From an uncultured Chloroflexia bacterium (GTDB taxonomy: Bacteria; Chloroflexota; Limnocylindria; Limnocylindrales; CSP1-4): DNA of 64,000 nt. This document shows positions 17,619 through 31,317 of this stretch, piece after piece (within the stretch, counting starts at the first letter, position 1; every line of letters begins with the position of its first letter). Position numbers and translations under genes: made by a program. Under the pieces are notes generated by a model. It was not told the DNA's origin and ran no database searches. It saw nothing but the letters and a program-made list of their open reading frames with translations. The stretch is from contig CAVTHS010000006.1 of NCBI GenBank assembly GCA_963734535.1, positions 1-64,000 of the forward strand. The letters run 5' to 3'.

Positions 17619-20600
17619 ATGCCCGTGCCGCCCTATGCCGAGCTCCACGCGCACACGAACTTCTCCTTCCTCGACGGCGCCTCGCCGCCGGCCGACCTCG
17701 TCGCGCGGGCCGTGGACCTGGGACTCTCGGGCCTCGCCGTCACGGACCACGGGGGCCTCTACGGGGTTGTCCGCTTTGCGACGTCGGCGGAGGAGGCGGG
17801 CCTCCACCCGGTGATCGGGGTGGAGGTGGAGCTCGTCGACCCGCTGGTCCCGGATCCGGGCGGGCTCGTCATGCCGGGTCGCCGGCGTGCCCGGCGGCCC
17901 AGCGTGCCGGCCCCCGGTGGCGTCGGCGCGGAACGGCCGCTCGCCGGCCTGCCCGCGAGGCCGCGCCCGGAGCGCGCGCGCCTGCCCGGCGGCCGGGAGG
18001 CGACGAAGGAGGATCACCGCGGCGTGGGGACCGCCCAGCGTGGGCCGCACCTCGTGCTGCTCGCCCGCGACGCGACCGGGTACCGGAGCCTTTGCAGGCT
18101 CCTGAGCCGCGCGAACCTGGCCGGGACCAAGGGCGCGCCACGGCTCACCCAGGCGCTCCTCGCGGACCACGTGGAGGGGCTCGTGGCGCTCTCGGGCTGC
18201 CGGGAGGGCGAGCTGGCACGGCGGCTCCGGGCGGGGGACCGGGCGGGCGCCCGGGCAGTCGCCGAGGAGTACGCGCGCCGGTTCGGCGGTCGCGGCGAGA
18301 CGCTCGCCGGCGCGGGCTTCGTGATCGAGCTCGCCCATCACCTCCTGCCCGACGACGACTGGCTCGTGGCGGAGTCCGCACGCCTGGCCGCCGAGCTTGG
18401 CCTCCCGGTGGTCGTCACGAACGACGTCCACTACGCGCGCCCGCGAGGACCGCGAGCTGCACGATGTCCTGGCGGCCATTCGCCACGGCCGGAGCCTCGA
18501 GACGCTCGCCGACCTGCGCACCCCCAGCGGTGAGCACCATCTCAAGTCCGCCGCCGAGCTGGCGGCGCTTCCCCCCGGCGACCCGGCAACCTCGGACCCG
18601 CGGACGGCGCGCGCGTGGGCCGAGGGCCTCGCGAACGCGGGGACGCTCGCGGCGACCTGCACGGTTGACCTTGGCTTCGAGCGCTACCGCTTCCCGGGCT
18701 TCGACGGTTCCCGGCGGCGAGACGCCGTTCTCGTACCTCGTGGAGCTCTGCCACGGCGGGATCCGGCGCCGCTATCACCCGGTGACGCCGCCGGTCGTCC
18801 GCCAGCTCGCCCACGAGCTCGATGTCATCGAGCGGACCGGCCTCGCCGAGTTCTTCCTCATCTGCTGGGACCTGATGCGCTTCGCAAAGGAACGCCGGAT
18901 CCCCGCCCAGGGGCGGGGGAGTGCCGCGGACTCGATCGTGGCCTACGCGCTCGGGATCACCCGCGTGGATCCCATCCGCCACAACCTCCTCTTCGAGCGC
19001 TTCATCAACGAGGGCCGGACCACCTACCCGGACGTGGACATCGACTTCTCATCGGCCCGCCGCGAGGAGGTGATCCAGTACGTCTACGAGCGGTACGGCG
19101 CCGAGCACACCGGGATGGTCTGCAATCTCGTCACGTACCGGGCACGCTCGGCGGTCCGGGAGGTCGGCACCGCCCTCGGCTTCCCGCGGCCGCTCGTGGA
19201 CCGGGTGGCGAAGGCGCTCGAGACGTACGACTCGGTCATGGTCCGCCGGGACCTGGAGGCGGACGGCGGCTTCGCGGAGTTCTTCCGACGGCCGGGTGAC
19301 GTCCCCGACGGCGAAGCCTCCGCCCGTCGGGCGCGCGCGCGCGGGCTCGTCGACGAGATGGGGCAGCTCGAAGGCTCGCGCCCCGCGATCCGGCCCGGCG
19401 GGACGTCGGACGACAAGGGCGGTCCGGGCGACTCTCCCGCGAGCGTCGCGTGGCTTGCCCGCGGCGCCCCCGGCACGGTGGACGGCCGGGCGATCGACGC
19501 CGAGTCGGGGGCGCTGGAGCCTCCGCCGCGCTCGGTGGACTCGCTGGGCCGGCCCCGGCACTGGGATCCGCCGCCCGTCCCCGTCGCGGCATCGAACGCT
19601 GGACGGACGCCCGGGATGGCCCCTGGGATCGTCTCCGCGACCCCATCGCCGCCGCGCGGCGGGAGCGTGGCCGGCCTCTCGCCGTGGGAGCGCTGGCTGG
19701 AGCTGTGCGGGCGGATCGACGGCTTCCCGCGTCACCTCAGCATCCACAGCGGCGGCATGCTCGTGACCGCCGCCCCGCTCATCGACATCGCGCCGCTGGA
19801 ACGCGCGACCATGCCGGGCCGGGTCGTCGTCCAGTTCGACAAGCGGGACGTGGAGACGCTCAAGCTCATCAAGCTGGACCTGCTCGGCCTCGGGATGCTC
19901 GCCGCGATGGACGAGACGCTCGCGCTCGTGGAGCACGACTGCGCGACGTGCGTGGACCTCGACCGGCTTCCCGAGGAGATCCCGGAGGTCTTCGCGATGC
20001 TCCAGGCGGCCGACACGGTGGGTGTCTTCCAGGTGGAGAGCCGGGCCCAGATGCAGACGCTCCCAAAGTCGCGCCCCACCTGCCTGGACGACCTCGTGGT
20101 GGAGGTCGCGATCATCCGGCCGGGCCCGATCCAGGGGAACGCCGTCCACCCGTACCTGCGCCGCAAGCAGGGGCTGGAGCCGGTGACCTATCTGCACCCA
20201 TCACTCGAGCCGATCCTCCGCGACTCGATGGGCGTGATCCTCTACCAGGAGCAGGTGATGCGGATCGCCATCGAGGTTGCCGGCTTCTCGCCCGGGGACT
20301 CCGACGGGTTCCGCCGCGCGATGGGAACGTGGCGCTCCAGCGCGGAGATGGAGAAGCTTCACGCCCGGTTCGTCGACGGCTGCGTGCGCGTCCAGGGGAT
20401 GCCGCGGGTCGATGCGGAGGAGCTCTACCGCGGGGTCGCCGCCTTCGCGAGCTTCGGGTTCGCGAAGAGCCACGCGGCAGCCTTCGCCCGGACCGCCTAC
20501 GAGTCGGCGTTCCTCAAGCTCTTCTACCCGGCCCAGTTCCTCGCCGGCCTGGTCAACGCCCAGCCGATGGGCTTCTACCCGGTCGAGGTGCTCGTGAACG

Positions 20601-21637
20601 ATGCGAAGCGTCACGGCGTGGTGGTCCTCCCGGTGGACGTCAACGCGTCCTTCCATCGAACCACGACCGAGTGGGCGGGCCGGCCCGGCTGGGCGCTCGC
20701 GGGCGCGGCCGGTGACGGCGGGCGCCACGACAGGGACCCAGGAGAGCCGCTTCCGGGCGATGCCGGGGTCCCGGCACGCCCGCGCCCGGTCCGCTCGCCG
20801 GCCTGCGTGATCCCCGCCGCCGCAGCGCGGGAGCGATGGGCCGCCGAGGGCGCCGTGGGCTGGGGAGTCCGCCTGGGGCTCCACCTCGTGAAGGGGATCG
20901 GTGAGGAGCACGCCCCCCACCTCGACGCGGAGCGGGCGCGCGGTCCCTACACGTCGCTGCCGGACGTCGTGGAACGGACCGGCCTCCCCGAGGAGGTGCT
21001 CGAGCGGCTGATCCGCGCGGGTGCGCTCGACTCGCTGGGACGGCCACGCCGCGAGCTCCTCTGGCAGCTGCGGGAGGTGGCGCGGCCCGCGAAGGGAGTG
21101 CCGCGTGGCGGCGGCCGTGCCGCCGGCCGACCCCTGGACCTGCGGCTCCCGGCCACGCCGGCGCCGGACCTCCCGCCGCTCACCGAGCTGGAACGGCTCG
21201 GTGACAGCTACGCGATCCTCTCGCTCGACGCGCGGCGCCAGGTGGTGGGGCTCTTCCGACCAGCGCTGGAGCGGCTGGGCGCGGTCACCAACGCGGCGCT
21301 CGCGGAGCGGCGGCCGGGACGGGTGCGGATCGGCGGCCTGGTCGTGACCCGCCAGCACCCGATGACGGCGAAGGGAACCGTCTTTCTTGCGCTCGAGGAC
21401 GAGACCGGGATGGTCAACGTGACGCTCTGGCCCGACGCGTGGACGCGCCTGCGGGGGGTGGTCCGGCGCAACGCGCTCCTGGTGGTCGACGGAATCCTGC
21501 AACGCGAGTCGAGCGTCGTGAACGTGGTGGCCCGCGAGATCCGCCCGCTCGTCGAGATGACCCGGCCGGCCGGCGGTCCGGAACGTCCGGATGGCGTGCG
21601 CCAGCTGGGGCACGCCGGCATGCGACGGCTGGGCTGA
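17619..21637 (+). CDS. dnaE2: Error-prone DNA polymerase III alpha (DnaE2/ImuC), two frameshifts (~18442, ~18705)
   Basis: YAELHAHTNFSFLDG PHP domain, TNDVHY, GRGSAADS, PDVDIDF, FPRHLSIHSGG, KLDLLGLGML, GVFQVESRAQ, and OB fold RQHPMTAKGTVFLALEDETG. Confidence 0.93.
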
Positions 21638-21685
21638 CGACCGGCGGGCCGGGCGTCCGTCAGCGCAACCCCGATCGGCGGGAGA

Positions 21686-22402
21686 TCAGCGGCGCTTCGA
21701 CTTCGCCGAGACCGGGCGGGGCGGGGTCGACATCGCGAGGAACCGCCGGTAGAACCCGGCGAACGCTCCGACGAGGAGGCCGAACGGCACGGAGGTCAGG
21801 ACCGCGTTCAGGATGATCCCGATCTTCTGGTCCGATGTCATGGTGTAGGTGAAGCCGAGCCCCGTCTGGACCGAGTTCGTGAAGACCCCGAAGAGCAGTC
21901 CGTACGCGATCGCGTTGGCGAGGGCCACGATCCCGCCCACCAGCCAGGCGCCGCGCGGCGCCAGCATGCCGCCCAGGAACGGCAGGATCATCGGCGGCGG
22001 CTGGAGCGCGAGATTCCCCAGCAGCGCGACGAGCGGGTTCCGCGAGATCCCGGGGATGAAGAAGAGCGCCGTGACGCCGCCGATCGCGGCGAGCGGTACC
22101 CAGAGCGCCTTCGAATGGAGCGCGATCGACGGCAGCGCCCGAAGATCGGCAGCGATGTCCGCCGGACCCGCCGCGCGGCGCAGAGCCGGGAGGAACCCGG
22201 GGCGTGGCGGCGGCGAGGCGTCACGTCGCGCGGCCGTCCCTGACTCGGTCCGTCGAGCGCGGTAGCTGCGCGCGGGGGCCGGCGACGGTTCCTCGTCGTC
22301 GGCAGCCTCGTCCAGCTCGAGGTCGAGATCCTGGGGGGCTCCGGCGAGGGAGCGGTTGCGGCGGCGAGCTTCGGCGCGCTCGGTCCTCTTCGCGCGGGCC
22401 AC
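21686..22402 (-). CDS. Hypothetical multi-pass membrane protein
   Basis: AGGAGG RBS, charged N-terminus, about four hydrophobic segments. Confidence 0.7.
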   Translation of the reverse strand: MARAKRTERAEARRRNRSLAGAPQDLDLELDEAADDEEPSPAPARSYRARRTESGTAARRDASPPPRPGFLPALRRAAGPADIAADLRALPSIALHSKALWVPLAAIGGVTALFFIPGISRNPLVALLGNLALQPPPMILPFLGGMLAPRGAWLVGGIVALANAIAYGLLFGVFTNSVQTGLGFTYTMTSDQKIGIILNAVLTSVPFGLLVGAFAGFYRRFLAMSTPPRPVSAKSKRR

Positions 22403-22575
22403 GAATCCTCCTGGGTCAGCTGGGGGGCGGCGGTGCGTGCCGCGCGGAGCATCGTAACCCGCCTGCGGATAAGCGATCGGTGAGCGGCGCGTGGTACACC
22501 CGGCGTGTCACTGCCGCCGCGACGCCCGCCCCGCCAGCCATCCATCGCCGCAGCCTGCCCGCCGGGAGGTCGTCC

Positions 22576-25500
22576 ATGCGCGCCCCGAGGAGCGCCGCGT
22601 TCGGCGCGGTCGCCAGCCTGCTCCTGCTGTCCACGCTGATCGGCGGCCCGCCGCGGCCCGAAACGACACGAATGGCGAACGTGCGCCCGGCGGCGACGGT
22701 CACGTGGCCACCCTCGGCTGGGCTCCTCATCGCGGAGGTGGTCACCGGTGGCGCCTCCGCCTCGGACGAGTACGTCGAGATCACGAATGCCGGCGGCGTG
22801 CCGGCCGACCTCGCCGGCCTGGAGCTCGCCTACGTCACGTCGTCGGGTTCCACCGTCACCAGGAAGGCGACCTGGAGCGAGCTGACGTTGCTCGCCACGG
22901 GACAGCACCTGCTCGTGGCGAACGCCCTTGGGACGTATGCATCGACTGCCGATGCCACGTACTCGGGCGGATTCGCGACGACAGGTGGCGTGCTCGTGCT
23001 CCGCCCTGTCGGCGGCGCCCCTGTCGACGCAGTTGGCTGGGGAGATGCGACGAATTCGTTCGTCGAAGGGGCCGCGGCCGTGGCGCCGCCGGCGGGCCAG
23101 AGCATCGAGCGCCGGCCTGGGGGGAGCGGCGGCAACGTCGCCGACACGAACCAGAATGCCGCTGACTGGAGCCTGCTCACGGCGCCGATCCCACAGAACC
23201 GGTCAGCGGTCCCCGTGCCGTCCGCGACGCCGGGCCCGTCTCTCTCGCCGACTCCGTCGGGCACGCCGTCGCCCAGCCCCGACCCGAGCGCCACGCCGAC
23301 CCCAGCGCCGTCACCCAGCCCCGACCCCAGCGCCGCGCCGACCCCGGAGCCGAGCGGACAACCGAGCGCCGCGCCGACCACGGGTCCCTCACCCAGCCCG
23401 GCGCCGAGCCCTGAGCCAACGCCGACGCCCCAGCCGAGCCCGGAGCCGAGCCCGGCGCCGACGGAGATGCCCGAGCCGAGCCCAACCCCGACACCAACCC
23501 CCACGCAGACGCCGCCACCGAGCCCAGCGCCAACGCCGACGCCCACGCCGAGCCCATCACCGAGCCCAACGCCAACGCCGATCGCCACGATCTCGATCGC
23601 CGCCGCACGGGCAGCCGCCGACGGGACTTCCGTCACGCTGGAGGGCGTCCTGTCCACCCCGCTGGGCGTTCTCGAGGCCGGTCGGGGCGGGTTCCTCCAG
23701 GACGAGACCGCCGGGATCGCGGTCTACGCCGCCTCGGCACTGGAGCCGGTCGCGGCCGGGTGGCGGATCCGCGTCACAGGCAACATCGATGATCGCTACG
23801 GGCAGCGCACCGTCCGACTGGACGGCCCGCCGATCATGCTGGCCGCCGGCCCCGCCCCGTTCCCGGTCGAGACGACGACCGGCGCCGCGCTCGAGCCACT
23901 CGAGGGCCGTCGTATTCGCGTCCGCGGGACCGTCCTCGATGCGGCCACGGCCCTGAGTGACGGCCCCGCCATCACGGTCGACGATGGATCGGGATCCGTA
24001 CGGGTCATCTTCGCCGGGATCGCCGGCGCAAACGTGCCGGCTCGCGACAGCGTCATCTCCGTGGCCGGGACGCTGGGCCAGCGCGACTCCTCGGGAATCG
24101 GGACGTCCGGCTATCGCCTCTTCGTCATCGACCCGCTCGACGTCGTCGAGGAACCGGCGCCGTCTCCATCGCCGACTCCGACCGACGAGCCGGTGCCATC
24201 TCCGTCGCCGTCGGCAGCCCCGAGCCCCACGCCCACCCTCACCCCCACACCAACACGGACGCCGAGCGCGAGCTCGAGCCCAACGGCCACCCCGACCGTC
24301 ACGCCATCGCCGACGCCCACGCCGTCGCCCACGGGCGAGCCGACGACGATCAGGTCGGCCCGTGGGGCGGCCATCGGGACCACGGTCCACGTTCGAGGCG
24401 GCGTCACGGCCGAGGCCGGACGCGTGGGGCTTCCTCCGCTCGGCGTCGTGGCCGATGAGACCGGCGGCATCTTCATCCGGTTCCCCGACGGCATCCTGCC
24501 GGCCCGCGGGGCGCTCCTCGACGTGACCGGCCGTCTCGCGGATCCGTATGGGCAGCTCGAGATCCGTCCGACGGCGGAGGGCATCCGGTTCGTCGGCGCG
24601 GCCGCCATCACGGACCCCCTGCCGATCGGGGCAGCCTCGCTCGGCGAGGCCGTCGAGGGTCGCGTCGTGACGCTCGATGCCAGCCTCGACGCGGCCATCG
24701 TCCGCGAATCGAGCGGCGACCTCGTTCTGCGCCTCCGGGACGCGGCAGGTGCCCCGTTCACGGCCCGTGCGACGCGCGCAAGCGGCCTCCAGCCGGACCT
24801 CGCGCGGCGCGGAGACCGGGTTCGCCTCGTCGGCATCGTCGGCCAGCGTGCGTCCGCTCGCGGAAAGCTCGACGGCTACCGTCTCTGGCTGCGGAGCACG
24901 GCGGACCTGTCCCGCTCGGCGGGTGGGATGCCGGGTCCGACGCCCTCGCCGGGGGCGACGCCGCGTCCGGGGGCATCGGCTTCGCCGAGCGTGACCATCG
25001 CGGCCGCGCTGCGCCTCGGCTCCGGGAGTGTCACGGTGGAGGGCACGGTCAGCGTTGCGAGCACCCTCCTCGATTCGACCGGCCGCCGATCGGTGGTGCA
25101 GGACGCCACTGCCGCCGTGGAGTTTCTCGTCCCGCGCGACGCCTCTGCGCCGCGACCGGGGGACCGCGTACGGGTCGTCGGGTCGCTCGGCCGCGCATAC
25201 GGGGCGCCGCGGATCACGGCCACGACGCTCGTGATCCTGGGGCACGCGGCGGAGCCGGTCCCGCTTGTCGTCCGCGGGGCGCTGTCCGCCTCGCTCGAGT
25301 GGCGGCTCGTCAGTGTCGAGGGCATCGTCGCCGAGCAGCGGCGCCTTGGCGACCGCTGGCGCGCCGAGCTCGACGCTGCCGGGGGCTCGATCCCGGTCGC
25401 GGGTCTGCCCGGTGCAGGGATCGCGGCGTCGGCCCTCGTGGAGGGCAGCCGTGTCCGCATCGTCGGGATCGTTCGCCGCCCGAACCCCGCCGCGTCCGAC

Positions 25501-26292
25501 CAGCACTTCGTCATGGTGCCGCGCTCGCCCGCCGACATCCGGGTCCTCGCCCCCGCCCCCGCCGCTGGCTCCGGGGGGACTCGCGTGGGCGCGAGCCGTG
25601 GCGGGGCGGTGGCTGCCTCCGCGGCCTTCGGTCCGGTCGGGGCGGGCGACGCGAACGCTCCAGTGTCGGCCGACGCCGCGGCCCTGGCAGGCCTCGCCGG
25701 CCGTTCCGTCCTCGTCGGCGGCCTCGTCGTGACGGTGGATGCAGTGGGACTCGTGGTGGACGACGGAACGGGCAGCGCTCGCGTCGAGCTCGTGGGCGAT
25801 GCCCGCTCGCTGCTGCCGCTCCTCGGACCCGGTGACGCGATCGGCGCTGCCGGCGTCGTCGAGGCCGGAACACCGCCCATCGTCCGCGTGACGGATCCGG
25901 CGAGCCTCGTCCGGCTCGGCGACCTCGGCGAGGCGCTGCCCCTCGGAGACGAGGTGGTCCGGCCCGACGACGCGGACACAGGCTCGTTCGGCAGCCCGGC
26001 CGCGGACCCGGCGGGATCCGCGCCGGCCGCGCCGGACCCGGTCCGCGCAGGTCCGTCCGCCTCCATGACGGCCGGGGCGGGCTCGATCGGTGCGCTCGCA
26101 ACGGCCGGGGCGCTGCTCATGGTCGCCCGCCGACGCCGCGAGCAGCGCACGAGCCGGGCGCGGATTGCGCGACGGGTTGCCGAGCTGGGTGCCCTGTTTG
26201 CGGGCGGGCGGGTGCCGCCGCCGACCGCCAGCTCGAGCGAACTGGACCCGCCGAGCACGGTCCCGGGCAATCTCGTGCGGGAACCGGCTTGA
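22576..26292 (+). CDS. Secreted/membrane-anchored lamin-tail-domain protein with repeated OB-fold modules and Pro/Thr/Ser linkers
   Basis: Signal-like N-terminus, [22 protein letters not shown] (LTD), PT linkers, repeated modules starting TISIAAAR / TTIRSAR / VTIAAAL with QDETAGI-type motifs, C-terminal hydrophobic helix plus RRRR. Confidence 0.8.
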   Translation: MRAPRSAAFGAVASLLLLSTLIGGPPRPETTRMANVRPAATVTWPPSAGLLIAEVVTGGASASDEYVEITNAGGVPADLAGLELAYVTSSGSTVTRKATWSELTLLATGQHLLVANALGTYASTADATYSGGFATTGGVLVLRPVGGAPVDAVGWGDATNSFVEGAAAVAPPAGQSIERRPGGSGGNVADTNQNAADWSLLTAPIPQNRSAVPVPSATPGPSLSPTPSGTPSPSPDPSATPTPAPSPSPDPSAAPTPEPSGQPSAAPTTGPSPSPAPSPEPTPTPQPSPEPSPAPTEMPEPSPTPTPTPTQTPPPSPAPTPTPTPSPSPSPTPTPIATISIAAARAAADGTSVTLEGVLSTPLGVLEAGRGGFLQDETAGIAVYAASALEPVAAGWRIRVTGNIDDRYGQRTVRLDGPPIMLAAGPAPFPVETTTGAALEPLEGRRIRVRGTVLDAATALSDGPAITVDDGSGSVRVIFAGIAGANVPARDSVISVAGTLGQRDSSGIGTSGYRLFVIDPLDVVEEPAPSPSPTPTDEPVPSPSPSAAPSPTPTLTPTPTRTPSASSSPTATPTVTPSPTPTPSPTGEPTTIRSARGAAIGTTVHVRGGVTAEAGRVGLPPLGVVADETGGIFIRFPDGILPARGALLDVTGRLADPYGQLEIRPTAEGIRFVGAAAITDPLPIGAASLGEAVEGRVVTLDASLDAAIVRESSGDLVLRLRDAAGAPFTARATRASGLQPDLARRGDRVRLVGIVGQRASARGKLDGYRLWLRSTADLSRSAGGMPGPTPSPGATPRPGASASPSVTIAAALRLGSGSVTVEGTVSVASTLLDSTGRRSVVQDATAAVEFLVPRDASAPRPGDRVRVVGSLGRAYGAPRITATTLVILGHAAEPVPLVVRGALSASLEWRLVSVEGIVAEQRRLGDRWRAELDAAGGSIPVAGLPGAGIAASALVEGSRVRIVGIVRRPNPAASDQHFVMVPRSPADIRVLAPAPAAGSGGTRVGASRGGAVAASAAFGPVGAGDANAPVSADAAALAGLAGRSVLVGGLVVTVDAVGLVVDDGTGSARVELVGDARSLLPLLGPGDAIGAAGVVEAGTPPIVRVTDPASLVRLGDLGEALPLGDEVVRPDDADTGSFGSPAADPAGSAPAAPDPVRAGPSASMTAGAGSIGALATAGALLMVARRRREQRTSRARIARRVAELGALFAGGRVPPPTASSSELDPPSTVPGNLVREPA
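23215..23580 (+). repeat. Low-complexity Pro/Thr/Ser coding repeat (linker)
   Basis: Imperfect tandem [13 protein letters not shown] / PTPTP units. A second tract lies at ~24155-24330. Confidence 0.8.
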
Positions 26293-26318
26293 CGCTCCGA
26301 CGCGGCGCGGACTACCGT
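26289..26318 (+). promoter_or_regulatory. sigma70-type promoter for the DUF5679 gene
   Basis: TTGACG-18 nt-TACCGT. Confidence 0.5.
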
Positions 26319-26461
26319 TGCGCGAGTTCGCGCCGCCTCGGATCTGACGGCTTCGAGGAATCCGCTCCAGATGGCTGCGCCGAACCCGTATCGCTGGTAC
26401 AGGATGAGCGCCGGGCGAGGGGCCCGTCGACGTCCACCGTGACGAAAGGGAGGCTCCCCGA

Positions 26462-26602
26462 GTGGCCGAGGCGTACTGCGTCAAGTGCAAGGCAAAGCGC
26501 GAGATGAAGAACGCGCAGCAGATCACGATGAAGAACGGCAAGCCCGCCGCCCAGGGCACCTGCCCGGTGTGCGGCACCAAGATGTTCCGCATCGGCGGCT
26601 GA
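26462..26602 (+). CDS. DUF5679-type small zinc-ribbon protein (46 aa), not in the ORF track
   Basis: GGGAGG RBS, GTG start: MAEAYCVKCKAKREMKNAQQITMKNGKPAAQGTCPVCGTKMFRIGG with two CxxC motifs. Confidence 0.88.
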   Translation: MAEAYCVKCKAKREMKNAQQITMKNGKPAAQGTCPVCGTKMFRIGG

Positions 26603-26618
26603 CGCACCTCGCGCGATC

Positions 26619-26659
26619 GATCGACCCCTCACCGGTGACGGCGGGGGGTCGATCCGTTT
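26619..26659 (+). terminator. Intrinsic terminator-like hairpin
   Basis: GATCGACCCC...GGGGTCGATC stem followed by CGTTT. Confidence 0.6.
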
Positions 26660-27002
26660 CCGGACCTTCGATCCGCGGCGATGTGGCGGGCCGTTCGGAC
26701 CGCCATGCCGGGACGCTCGGCCCGACGGACACCCAACAGGCGCTTGGTAGAATGCTGCGTGTTCCCGTCGCATTCACGAGGTCAAGTGTCCCCACGGCCT
26801 GATCGCGCCTCCGACGTCGGCGGCGCGTCGCCATGTGCCGCCACGTGTCGCCCGGCGCGCCACCCCGGCTGGCCGGTCGCGACGGGTACCTCGCGCTCCG
26901 GCGCGAGCCCGGCATCCCTGCGTCCTCGTGCATCTCACCCGGCCGCGACCGTCGCGGGCGGGTTCCCAGGATCCAGCTAGCCGCACAGCGGAGGTTCGAA
27001 TC

Positions 27003-28010
27003 ATGTCCGTACGCGTGGGCATCAACGGCTTCGGTCGCATCGGCCGTCAGTCCCTCAAGGCACTCCTCGAGCGGGCGCCCGACATCGAGGTCGTGGCGGT
27101 CAACGACATCGTCGACGTCCCGACCAACGCGCTCCTCTTCAAGCACGACTCCACGTACGGCGCCTTCGCGGGAACCGTCGAGCACACCGACGACGCGATC
27201 ATCGTCGACGGCCACGAGATCAAGGTCCTCCAGGTCTCCGATCCGTCGCAGCTGCCGTGGAAGGCGCTCGGCGTCGACATCGTCATCGAATCGACGGGCC
27301 GCTTCACGGATGCCGACAAGGCCCGCGTGCACATCGATGCCGGCGCCCGGAAGGTGCTCATCAGCGCCCCGGCCAAGAAGGAGGACGTGACCATCGTCCT
27401 CGGCGTCAACGATGCGGCCTATGACCCTGCCAAGCACCACGTCATCAGCAACGCGAGCTGCACCACGAACTGCCTCGCACCGGCGGCCAAGGTCGTCCAC
27501 GACGGGTGGACCATCCGGCGCGGCCTCATGAACACGATCCACTCGTACACCAACGACCAGAAGATCCTCGACGTCGCCCACAAGGATCCGCGACGCGCCC
27601 GTGCCGCGGCCCTGAACATCATCCCGACGACGACCGGTGCGGCGAAGGCCCTCGCGCTCGTCATCCCCGATCTCAAGGGCAAGTTCGACGGCTTCAGCCT
27701 CCGCGTCCCCACGCCGACCGTCTCAGTGGTCGACTTCACGGCCGAGCTCGAGCGCGAGACGACCGTCGAGGAGCTCAACGCGGCCTTCCGGGCCGCCGCG
27801 GCCGGACCCATGAAGGGCATCCTCGGCGTCAGCGATGAGCCGCTGGTGAGCTCCGACTTCCGCGGCGATACCCGCTCCTCGATCATCGACAGCGCGTGCA
27901 CGATGGTCCTGGGCGGCAACTTCGTGAAGGTCATCGCGTGGTACGACAACGAGTGGGGGTACAGCTGCCGCGTTGCCGACCTCGTCAAGGTCATCGCCGA
28001 GAAGCTCTGA
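27003..28010 (+). CDS. gap: Type I glyceraldehyde-3-phosphate dehydrogenase
   Basis: [37 protein letters not shown]. Confidence 0.98.
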   Translation: MSVRVGINGFGRIGRQSLKALLERAPDIEVVAVNDIVDVPTNALLFKHDSTYGAFAGTVEHTDDAIIVDGHEIKVLQVSDPSQLPWKALGVDIVIESTGRFTDADKARVHIDAGARKVLISAPAKKEDVTIVLGVNDAAYDPAKHHVISNASCTTNCLAPAAKVVHDGWTIRRGLMNTIHSYTNDQKILDVAHKDPRRARAAALNIIPTTTGAAKALALVIPDLKGKFDGFSLRVPTPTVSVVDFTAELERETTVEELNAAFRAAAAGPMKGILGVSDEPLVSSDFRGDTRSSIIDSACTMVLGGNFVKVIAWYDNEWGYSCRVADLVKVIAEKL

Positions 28011-28066
28011 TCGTCGCCGTGATCAGCCCGCTCGATACCCCCCGCTAGCGGAGGCAGCCGCCTGCC

Positions 28067-30606
<2,540 letters not shown>

Positions 30607-30700
30607 CCCTGGCGTACCTCGCGGCCCCGACCGGCACGCCGGTCGGGGCCGCGTGCGTCCCGGAGACGCTCGGCGGTGACGGCGCGGGACTGCCACGCCG

Positions 30701-31291
30701 ATGAGCCGATTCCTGGGTCGGTTCGTGGACCGGGGCGCGATCTTCGCCGGCTGGGTCGGGGTCGGCATGGCGATGACGATCGCGGTCAGCTTCCTCCTGG
30801 TGATCCCCATCGAGCCCGTCTTCTGGCTGATGGCGCCCATCGCCGGGGTCCTGATCGGCTATTACGCGAACGCTCGGGCCGACCGGCGTGCCGGCCCGTG
30901 GGTCCGGATCCTGCTCAACGGGATCTACGCCTCGCTCCTGACCGCGGTCACGCTCGCCGCGCTCTTCGTCGGCACGAAGGCGATCTTCTTCTTCGCCGAC
31001 AACGGCTACCGCGATGCCAGCCAGGGCGGCCCGATCGCGGGTTGCGTCTCGGGTGCCGATTGCGTCTACCGGCGCTACCTCGCCGAGGACGGCAAGGCCG
31101 CGCAGTTCCAGAACGTCGGGGTCACCGACGTGGCCTCGTTCTCGGCGTTCTACTGGCGCGAGCAGCTGGGGACCACCGGCACGGTCACGATGCTGTGCCT
31201 TGCCGGCGGCGTCCTCGGAGCCGCGATGTACGGGTTCGCGCGTCCGAAGACCCGGCGTCCCGAAGCTGCGCCCGGAGTCCCGACGGCCTGA
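30701..31291 (+). CDS. Hypothetical membrane protein
   Basis: About four TM segments and an extracytoplasmic loop with a Cys pair (GCVSGADC). Confidence 0.7.
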   Translation: MSRFLGRFVDRGAIFAGWVGVGMAMTIAVSFLLVIPIEPVFWLMAPIAGVLIGYYANARADRRAGPWVRILLNGIYASLLTAVTLAALFVGTKAIFFFADNGYRDASQGGPIAGCVSGADCVYRRYLAEDGKAAQFQNVGVTDVASFSAFYWREQLGTTGTVTMLCLAGGVLGAAMYGFARPKTRRPEAAPGVPTA

Positions 31292-31317
31292 CCGCCGAGG
31301 GCCGGGCCTGCCGGATA

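Noticed and set aside
19290-19680. Intein in DnaE2
   Set aside because: No N-terminal Cys/Ser block, no His-Asn C-terminus, no LAGLIDADG motifs.
23215-24330. CRISPR-like or mobile repeat array
   Set aside because: The repeats are in-frame Pro/Thr/Ser linker codons with no constant repeat-spacer structure, and there are no cas genes.
26322-26389. SRP (4.5S) RNA or a known riboswitch
   Set aside because: Lacks the SRP helix-8 GNRA/GGAA-GCAGC signature, and I recognised no known aptamer consensus. Kept only as an unassigned leader.
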